NCBI GenBank assembly: GCA_017958745.1
Contig: JAGDCC010000034.1
Span: forward strand, 1-51,716
Source of the DNA: a bacterium
GTDB lineage: Bacteria > Patescibacteriota > Dojkabacteria > SC72
Length of the DNA stretch: 51,716 nt
Direction: 5' to 3'
Part shown: in pieces, positions 43,972-50,806 of the stretch
How the letters are laid out: every line of letters begins with the position of its first letter
How positions within the stretch are numbered: position 1 is the first letter of the stretch
The notes under the pieces: generated by a model
Seen by the model: the letters and a program-made list of their open reading frames with translations, nothing else
Told to the model about the DNA's origin: nothing
Databases searched by the model: none
Position numbers and translations under genes: made by a program

Positions 43972-45792
43972 ATGGTATCTTTTAGCTTAGGAAAGAAGAA
44001 AAGAGCTTTTATAGCAGTGTTTGCATTTATGCTTTTGACTCCATTAATTATTTTCTACAGTACTTCTGATAACAACTTTGATACTAGAAGTAGTGCAGCT
44101 AATTCTGATTCTTTACCTAAAAATCTTAAATCTGCAGATTTAAATGCAGATGGGAAAGTTACAATTTTGGATTACAACATCCTGCTTGAAGCTTATCGTA
44201 ATTTTGTATCGAAGTCTGTATATTCTAAATCTTATGATTTTAATAACGATGGAAAAATTAACTATCTAGATATTGCAGAATGGCAGAACAAGTATGAGAA
44301 GTATAAACTTTGGCTCGCTAACCAAAATATTGAAGAGGTTGCTATTACATACCAGGGGGAAGAAGTAAGCAAGTTGGTATTAAAGAAAAAAAGTGCACAA
44401 TTGGGAACTACTTTTACGAATGGTGAAAAAGTAACATGGTCAAGTAGAAATCCTTTTGCCATTACAGTCGATAATAACGGTAAAATACAACTTGTTGGAG
44501 AACCTGGAGAGAAAGCTACTATAGATGCAGTAAGTAGTTCTGGTGCAGAAGCTAGTGTTTTAGTTGTTATAGATGGAGAACCCTCTGGAGCTGTTACGTA
44601 TGGAGGAAAAGTTTTTGATGGTACTGTTAGAAATATTAGCTTGGAAGAAGGATTTTCTGCACAACTTGGAACAACATTTAGTAATTGCAGTAATTTGACA
44701 TGGACGAGTAGAAATTTGTCTGTAGTTACTATTGATAATAAGGGTAAATTATCAGTAAAAGGGGAGGAAGGTAGATATACCTATGTTTATGCAACATGTG
44801 ATTCAAATAGAACACCACAGGTAAGAATTAATGTTACTAAGAAGACTGATTCAAACGGTCTTACTCTTAATAAGACATCTGGTACTATTTATTTGAATTC
44901 TTCTAATCCTAAAGTTTTCTTAAAAGCTACAACTACAAATGGAAAGGAGATTACATGGTCTAGTAGTAATACTAATGTCGCAACTGTAAATAAAAATGGG
45001 AAGGTAACGGCGAAAGCAGTTGGAACAAGTAAAATTATTGCAAAAGCAGGAGATTTAACTGCTACTTATGATCTTACAGTTAAACAAAAAATTATTATTA
45101 TTGTTGGTGCTTCTCAGGTTGGTAGAATGAAAAAGAATGTTTCAAGTTATGAATCTGGTAATTACTTATATCAGAAAAGCGATAATACTTTGAAGATAAT
45201 TGCAGAAGGAGGTACTGGATTTGCTTATCAACTACCTGGTGGTGCTGGTTTTGATTCTATGTATTTATTCATGACTGGTTATTCATCTGTCAAAAAGTAT
45301 ATTGAGTTTTATGTTTATTTCCCTATCGCTGGAAATGGTGTTACACGTTATACTTGTAAAAAATTGACAAACTCGAATAGTGACATTAGCGGTTATATGG
45401 AGAATTATAGCTCTACTATGGCATCCTTAGCGAAAGAATCTTACCAGGTTAAGACATATCTTGTTAGTATCCAACCTGTGGCTCCAGAACAATGTACAGA
45501 TGCTGAATGTACAGCTGTTGAGAGTAATGATCCTAATGCTTGCAAATCTGGTTATAGATCTAATATCAAATATTATACTTATAATAAGCTTATGGAAGAA
45601 TTCCTGAAGAACTACAATAATCTAACATATGTTGAAACATTTAAGAAAATAATGAATGTTAATGAATCTACTAATGAGTTTACTTATAAGAAGGGTGTTA
45701 AATATGTAACTGACCAACATGGTATTCATTGGGATGAGAAAACAACCGTCTATTATGTAGGCTTAATGCTGGAATCTAACACAGAGTTATAA
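43972..45792 (+). CDS. Secreted protein: leader + dockerin-like module + three Big_2-type Ig domains + unknown C-terminal (possibly SGNH-like) domain
   Basis: Leader ends ...PLIIFYSTSDNNFDTRSSA. Dockerin-like loops DLNADGKVTILD and DFNNDGKINYLD (44137..44295). Big_2 signatures VTWSSRNPFAITVDNNGKIQL, LTWTSRNLSVVTIDNKGKLSV and ITWSSSNTNVATVNKNGKVTAKAVGTSKIIA. Confidence 0.85.
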   Translation: MVSFSLGKKKRAFIAVFAFMLLTPLIIFYSTSDNNFDTRSSAANSDSLPKNLKSADLNADGKVTILDYNILLEAYRNFVSKSVYSKSYDFNNDGKINYLDIAEWQNKYEKYKLWLANQNIEEVAITYQGEEVSKLVLKKKSAQLGTTFTNGEKVTWSSRNPFAITVDNNGKIQLVGEPGEKATIDAVSSSGAEASVLVVIDGEPSGAVTYGGKVFDGTVRNISLEEGFSAQLGTTFSNCSNLTWTSRNLSVVTIDNKGKLSVKGEEGRYTYVYATCDSNRTPQVRINVTKKTDSNGLTLNKTSGTIYLNSSNPKVFLKATTTNGKEITWSSSNTNVATVNKNGKVTAKAVGTSKIIAKAGDLTATYDLTVKQKIIIIVGASQVGRMKKNVSSYESGNYLYQKSDNTLKIIAEGGTGFAYQLPGGAGFDSMYLFMTGYSSVKKYIEFYVYFPIAGNGVTRYTCKKLTNSNSDISGYMENYSSTMASLAKESYQVKTYLVSIQPVAPEQCTDAECTAVESNDPNACKSGYRSNIKYYTYNKLMEEFLKNYNNLTYVETFKKIMNVNESTNEFTYKKGVKYVTDQHGIHWDEKTTVYYVGLMLESNTEL

Positions 45793-45850
45793 TTTTACAT
45801 AGTATTTTGTCTTCAAAAAGGAAGCTTTATTGCGAGATTCCTCTGCATTA

Positions 45851-45859
45851 TGGTAAAAT
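45851..45859 (+). promoter_or_regulatory. Extended -10 element (TGGTAAAAT), 9 nt before the typA ATG
   Basis: It shares the 14-mer TTATGGTAAAATAT with the tRNA promoter region, and no SD is present. Confidence 0.45.
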
Positions 45860-45868
45860 ATCCAGTTT

Positions 45869-47770
45869 ATGTCAGACCAAATTAATAAAGAAAATATAAG
45901 AAATATTGCAATAATTGCGCACGTAGACCATGGTAAAACTACATTGGTAGATGCCTTTATGAAACAATCTCATCTATTTAGAGAGAATCAAGAAGAAATG
46001 TCAGAGACACAAATCCTAGATTCTGGAGACTTAGAAAGAGAAAAAGGTATTACCATTAGTGCAAAGAATATATCTATTGTATATAAAGGAACAAAGATAA
46101 ATATCATAGATACACCAGGACACGCAGATTTTGGAGGAGAAGTAGAAAGAACATTAAATATGGCAGACAGTTGTTTACTCTTGGTAGATGCTAAAGAAGG
46201 ACCAATGCCACAGACAAAGTTTGTGCTAAAAAGAGCATTAGAATTAGGTCTAAAGCCTGTTGTTGTTATTAATAAGATAGATAAGAAGTTAGCAAATATA
46301 CCTAAGACAATATCTAAAATACAGGATTTATTCTTAACATTAGCAACAGATGAATCTCAGTTAGAGTTTCCAATATTCTATGCAATTGCAAGAGAGGGAA
46401 AAGTATGGACAGAAGTACCACAAGGAGATTTAACAAATTCTGCAAATATAGAAGGAGATTTAACTCCTTTGTTGGAAGAAATAGTAAATAATCTACCATG
46501 TCCAAGTGGAGACGAAACAAAACCGTTACAGATGCAGATTACATCTATTGAGTTTAATGAGCATCTAGGTAGATATCTTATTGGTAAAATACACAATGGT
46601 ACTGTTAAGATAGATGATCCAATTATAATTGTATCTAATAAAGAAGATTTTGAGAAAAAACAGGGACGTGTTAAAGAATTATTTGTAAAGAAAGGATTAG
46701 AGTGGGAGGCAGTAAAACAGGCTAGTGCAGGAGAAATAGTAGCTATAACTGGTATAGATTCCACAGATATCGGTGCAACTATATGTAGTCTAGATTTCCA
46801 GGAACCATTACCAGAAATAAAGATTACACCTCCATCTGTGAGAATTAAGTTTGCAGCAAATACATCTCCATTTATGGGTAAAGAAGGTAAGTTTGTTACT
46901 GCAAAACAATTACAACAGAGATTAGAACAGGAAAAGAAGTTAAATATTAGTTTAGAAATAACAAATCGTGGGGGAGAAGGATACTTTGTAGCAGGTAGAG
47001 GAGAGTTACAGTTATCTATATTGGCAGAACAGCTAAGAAGAGAAGGTTATGAATTTGAAATAGGTAAACCAGAGGTTATCTTACAGGAAATAGATGGTAT
47101 TAAGTGTGAACCTATGGAGGAGCTTACAATAGATGCACCAGAGGAGTATTTAAGTGTTATTACACAAGAAGTTAATGAGAGAAATGGTAAGCTTATCAAT
47201 ATAGAAACAGAAGATGGAAATAATAGATTTACATTTAATATCCTAACAAGAAATCTTATTGGTTTACATAGAGTCTTGATGAGTGCTACTAAGGGTATGG
47301 CTGTAATAAATAGCTATATTGTAGATTATGTTCCTTATGACAAATCTATATCCTTGTTTAGAAAGGGTGTTATTATCTCCTCTGAAACAGGTACAGCATT
47401 GGATTATGCACTTAATGAAATACAAGATAGAGGTAAGTTATTTATAACGGGATCTACAGAAGTCTATGAGGGTATGATTATTGGAATAAATAACCATGAG
47501 AACGATTTAGATGTAAATCCATGTAAAGCAAGACATAAGACAAATGTAAGAATGTCTCATGCAGAAGTAACACAGATAATGCTTAAAGCACCCGTACAGC
47601 TTACAATAGAGTTTGCATTATCCTTTATTAATGATGATGAATTAATAGAAGTAACTCCTAAGAATATCAGATTGAGAAAGAAACTTCTTACAGAAACACA
47701 AAGAATATGGTCTAAGAGAAAGACTCTTACATATTATGCAAAAGAACATCTAGGGGATAATACCATTTAG
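45869..47770 (+). CDS. typA: Translational GTPase TypA/BipA
   Basis: IRNIAIIAHVDHGKTTLVDA, DTPGHADFGGEVER and NKIDK motifs, 633 aa, with an EF-G-like domain order and a BipA-type C-terminal domain. Confidence 0.95.
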   Translation: MSDQINKENIRNIAIIAHVDHGKTTLVDAFMKQSHLFRENQEEMSETQILDSGDLEREKGITISAKNISIVYKGTKINIIDTPGHADFGGEVERTLNMADSCLLLVDAKEGPMPQTKFVLKRALELGLKPVVVINKIDKKLANIPKTISKIQDLFLTLATDESQLEFPIFYAIAREGKVWTEVPQGDLTNSANIEGDLTPLLEEIVNNLPCPSGDETKPLQMQITSIEFNEHLGRYLIGKIHNGTVKIDDPIIIVSNKEDFEKKQGRVKELFVKKGLEWEAVKQASAGEIVAITGIDSTDIGATICSLDFQEPLPEIKITPPSVRIKFAANTSPFMGKEGKFVTAKQLQQRLEQEKKLNISLEITNRGGEGYFVAGRGELQLSILAEQLRREGYEFEIGKPEVILQEIDGIKCEPMEELTIDAPEEYLSVITQEVNERNGKLINIETEDGNNRFTFNILTRNLIGLHRVLMSATKGMAVINSYIVDYVPYDKSISLFRKGVIISSETGTALDYALNEIQDRGKLFITGSTEVYEGMIIGINNHENDLDVNPCKARHKTNVRMSHAEVTQIMLKAPVQLTIEFALSFINDDELIEVTPKNIRLRKKLLTETQRIWSKRKTLTYYAKEHLGDNTI

Positions 47771-47834
47771 TTAAGGTATATATATTCATTTCATAAAAAA
47801 AGAGAAGGATTCAAGAAATGAGATTCTGACTTAC

Positions 47835-47863
47835 ATGACTGTGTCCTATAGTTGTGTTATAAT
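47835..47863 (+). promoter_or_regulatory. Candidate sigma70 promoter (ATGACT-17 nt-TATAAT with TG extension)
   Basis: -35-like hexamer at 47835..47840 and TGTTATAAT at 47855..47863. A ~40-nt leader with AAGGAGG (47892..47898) follows, 8 nt before ATG 47907. Confidence 0.45.
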
Positions 47864-47906
47864 GGTTTTTGTTCATTAAAAACCTATAAATAAGGAGGAT
47901 TTCAAG

Positions 47907-48695
47907 ATGAAGAATTATTTTACTTCTCAGTATTGGCAAGATTATCTTGGATGTAAGTATACATACGAGATGATTGAGGCTTGTTATCAAGGCAATGACA
48001 AGTTGCGAAACTATGCAAAGTATTTGTATGGTGAAGCATGTCTTGAAAGTATTGAATATTTGTTTGATGCCGATAGTAGCTCATGCAAAGACAGTGATGA
48101 AGTTGAAAAGTATAGGGAAGAGTTTGAGTATCTTTATCCAGAAAAGTCAACGTTGGATCTTGCTGATTCAATTGTTCCGCGTGATATAGAAGCACTTTAT
48201 GCAAGTGAGTATATCGGAATGACTGAGGCCAGCTATGAGATGTGTCTTAGCAGATATGAGCTATACAGGAGGGTGAGGCGTTATGTATATGATCACCATT
48301 TAGAAAATAGACATATCGTACAACTGTCTAACTATAAACTTGGAGATGCCATTCTTGATCTCTGTAGTGAGTTGTCTAATGTTGTTCTTGGGCATGGAGA
48401 TTATGCGCCTGATGAGTATTTGAAAGATATCAAGCGTAAGATTCAGTTTTACATCAATTCTATTCGTTGTTCTTATAACCTGAAGAGAGAACTTAAGGAT
48501 GCTGGAGAAGATCCATCTGAGTATTTAAACAAATTGGAAGATGCCTGTAATAAGGAAATAAACAAGATACATCCACTTCTGATTGAATACTTAGAAGAAT
48601 ATGAGAGATTATCTGCTCACTATATAGATCCAAGCCCTGAAGATTTGAACATTTTTTTGACAATTGTTATGCAGGAAATCCTTTTATTAAAATAG
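47907..48695 (+). CDS. Hypothetical acidic Tyr/Glu/Cys-rich protein (262 aa)
   Basis: Strong SD and higher GC than the surroundings (25 G/C by hand count in 48241..48300). I recognised no family. Confidence 0.6.
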   Translation: MKNYFTSQYWQDYLGCKYTYEMIEACYQGNDKLRNYAKYLYGEACLESIEYLFDADSSSCKDSDEVEKYREEFEYLYPEKSTLDLADSIVPRDIEALYASEYIGMTEASYEMCLSRYELYRRVRRYVYDHHLENRHIVQLSNYKLGDAILDLCSELSNVVLGHGDYAPDEYLKDIKRKIQFYINSIRCSYNLKRELKDAGEDPSEYLNKLEDACNKEINKIHPLLIEYLEEYERLSAHYIDPSPEDLNIFLTIVMQEILLLK

Positions 48696-48703
48696 GGTTT
48701 TAA

Positions 48704-48770
48704 CTCCCTAGTTATGTTAATTTTTGTTTTCAAAGACGTATACTAGGGAGATTTTCTTTATTATTTTTTT
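48704..48770 (+). terminator. Long-loop hairpin plus T-rich tract after the 47907 ORF
   Basis: CTCCCTAGT (48704..48712) pairs with ACTAGGGAG (48742..48750) around a 29-nt loop, followed by ATTTTCTTTATTATTTTTTT. Confidence 0.35.
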
Positions 48771-48851
48771 GTAATATATGTTAATATGTAGCTGTCGCTA
48801 TATGGAGACAATGTGAATTCATATATTGTCATGCTATTGTATTAAATCTAT

Positions 48852-49292
48852 ATGAAGAATCTATTTATTTATTACAGTCTAACAGGTAACGGAGATATTG
48901 TAGCAGGTGTATTAAGAAATAAAGGTTATGATATCAGAAAAGTTGTTACAAAGGATAAATATCCTAGTAATAGATATTTGCAGATAATTATTGGTGGTTA
49001 TAAAGCAACATTTAATAAAAGAGATAAACTTTTGGATTTTGATACAGATATTTCCAATTATGACAAAATAGTAATAGGTTCTCCTGTCTGGAATGATAGA
49101 CTAAGTGCACCAATTAATGAAGTTATTAATTTACTTAATTTAGAAAATAAAGATTTATCATTTATTTTATATAGTGGTAGTGGAAAAGCAGAGCATGCAA
49201 AAGAAAAGATTAAAAATCTATATGGTATAGATCCAATTATTATAAAGGAACCAAAACTGTATAAAGAAGAATTAGAAAAATTACCATTATAA
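48852..49292 (+). CDS. Flavodoxin-family protein
   Basis: 146 aa with NLFIYYSLTGNGDIVAGVL, YDKIVIGSPVWNDRLSAP and FILYSGSG. It is AT-rich and lacks an SD, like the core genes. Confidence 0.7.
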   Translation: MKNLFIYYSLTGNGDIVAGVLRNKGYDIRKVVTKDKYPSNRYLQIIIGGYKATFNKRDKLLDFDTDISNYDKIVIGSPVWNDRLSAPINEVINLLNLENKDLSFILYSGSGKAEHAKEKIKNLYGIDPIIIKEPKLYKEELEKLPL

Positions 49293-49328
49293 AGCTATCT
49301 CTCGCGTATGTAGGCTATTAATGTGTCG

Positions 49329-49358
49329 TTGACTGACAATATCGGCCTATAGTATAAT
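49329..49358 (+). promoter_or_regulatory. Near-consensus sigma70 promoter (TTGACT-18 nt-TATAAT)
   Basis: -35 at 49329..49334 and -10 at 49353..49358, located 75 nt upstream of ATG 49433. Confidence 0.55.
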
Positions 49359-49378
49359 ATATATGTATATTACAAATA

Positions 49379-49393
49379 GTTCCTTTTAGGAAC
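49379..49393. promoter_or_regulatory. Palindrome GTTCCT-TTT-AGGAAC just downstream of the -10 (candidate operator or 5'-UTR hairpin)
   Basis: Perfect 6-bp arms with a 3-nt spacer, 21 nt after the -10 hexamer. Confidence 0.35.
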
Positions 49394-49432
49394 AAGTTCT
49401 TTCAAAAAACATACAGACAGAAAGGAGATATT

Positions 49433-49858
49433 ATGTCTGAACAAATCTTTGCTTCCGTTAAACGGATAAATTTCCTGATTAAATCTATGGATCAGTTGGG
49501 AATTTCACTGATGCATTTTGGTGCATCTGAAATGAACGAGTTGGATGCCGTAAAAAAGTATAAAAATCTCTCTAGAGGTTCATTATACGGTCGTGCTCTT
49601 TCTGAGTTGAAGGAAAGTCAGCAGTATTTTCGGGTTGCATGCATTGCATGTCCCTTGAAAGCAGAGTGCTGTAAAGATAAGAGGGATAAGAAAGCCTCCA
49701 AGGAAAAAGTTTTTTGGACTCTTTCCCAGGATGCGAAGAGTAGGAGACGTTTTGCAAATCGTGTAAAGCGAATGGAAGAGCTTTACAAAGACGGTGTTTG
49801 TCCTCATACATGTGAGAGACTTATAGACCCAAAGAGATTAGTCAAGAAAGGGGCATAA
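49433..49858 (+). CDS. Hypothetical basic Cys-rich protein (141 aa)
   Basis: SD GAAAGGAG lies upstream. Cys clusters are ACIACPLKAECC and GVCPHTCE, with Lys/Arg-rich stretches. GC is elevated. Confidence 0.6.
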   Translation: MSEQIFASVKRINFLIKSMDQLGISLMHFGASEMNELDAVKKYKNLSRGSLYGRALSELKESQQYFRVACIACPLKAECCKDKRDKKASKEKVFWTLSQDAKSRRRFANRVKRMEELYKDGVCPHTCERLIDPKRLVKKGA

Positions 49859-49922
49859 TAAAAATCCTTTGTATTGTATGTATAATAGTATTGTTGTTTA
49901 ATAGTTAGAATGGAGGTGTATC

Positions 49923-50366
49923 GTGAAAGCTACTGAGACGAAAGAGTATTTAGAAAAGTCCCAAATAGCTGGTATGGCATTTCTGGAAGTCTTAGATAGA
50001 CGCCAGGGGGATTCGGAACTGTGCAAATATGCACAGAGTCGTTATGCAGCGAGCGTTATGGCACTTCGTTGTCATCTGTCGTTGAGTCCGATTATGGACT
50101 ACCGAAAAAGTAAGCCATGCCCATACAAAAGCGGGTATGATTCTTGCCCTCGTCCTTCTGACTCTCAAAAGAATAAGAAGAAAAAAACATATTGTCCAAA
50201 TCGCGGGCAAATATGCGTTCTCGATGAAGAAGAACTTCTTCTTGATTGGTCTACAGCGGAGTACAACTCCGTTATTCTTGGCCTTGAGGGCTTTGACCCA
50301 CAACGAGTTTCCAGTGAAACAAAGAGGTTTTATGAGATGATTAGGAAAGGAGTAAGATTACCATGA
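49923..50366 (+). CDS. Hypothetical basic Cys-rich protein (147 aa, GTG start)
   Basis: GGAGG (49912..49916) lies 6 nt before GTG 49923. Zinc-ribbon-like KPCPYKSGYDSCPRP...YCPNRGQIC. GC is elevated (29 G/C by hand count in 50041..50100). Confidence 0.6.
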   Translation: MKATETKEYLEKSQIAGMAFLEVLDRRQGDSELCKYAQSRYAASVMALRCHLSLSPIMDYRKSKPCPYKSGYDSCPRPSDSQKNKKKKTYCPNRGQICVLDEEELLLDWSTAEYNSVILGLEGFDPQRVSSETKRFYEMIRKGVRLP

Positions 50367-50734
50367 ACGGACATGGGTACAAGCTTTATAAGTTCTACTA
50401 TAATATAGTAGATCTTATTGAATTGCTTTATTCGGATCAAGATGAGCTTGTTATTTATGCAAGGTTCATTCTCTCTCGAAAAATCTTGGCATACATCTAT
50501 GAGCTTGATTGTGATAGAATGATCGCATCTACTCTCTATGGTCCGGAAGAAGCCAAACTCATCATTGATGAGAAAACAGCAGTTATCGACGAATATGTCG
50601 ATCTTCTAGATACAATAGAGATTCCTGACTGGTTTGATGAAGATTGTGTCTCAGATGAGACAAAGTTGCTCTTTGGAGCGATAATCAATGACCAGATCCA
50701 ATATTCGGATCTAAAGCTTGAGGATATCTTCTAA
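50363..50734 (+). CDS. Hypothetical strongly acidic protein (123 aa)
   Basis: ATGA start/stop overlap with the preceding ORF, and AGGAAAGGAG lies upstream. The C-terminal VSDETKLLFGAI resembles VSSETKRFYEMI of the preceding protein. Confidence 0.6.
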   Translation: MNGHGYKLYKFYYNIVDLIELLYSDQDELVIYARFILSRKILAYIYELDCDRMIASTLYGPEEAKLIIDEKTAVIDEYVDLLDTIEIPDWFDEDCVSDETKLLFGAIINDQIQYSDLKLEDIF

Positions 50735-50753
50735 CTTTCTTTTGTAACAACAA

Positions 50754-50805
50754 ACCCAGTTGTGTGTAAACATAACTAAATTATTTGTATAACATACAAC
50801 TGGGT
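50754..50805. other. Long-loop hairpin between convergent genes
   Basis: ACCCAGTTGT (50754..50763) pairs with ACAACTGGGT (50796..50805) around a 32-nt AT-rich loop. Confidence 0.35.
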
Positions 50806-50806
50806 C

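Noticed and set aside
49433-49858. IS/transposase fragment, because ACIACPLKAECC resembles the CxxCPLxxxC motif near the C-terminus of some IS1182/IS5-type transposases.
   Set aside because: The ORF is only 141 aa, with no DDE region and no flanking terminal inverted repeats or target duplications that I could see. The motif alone is too short to support the call.
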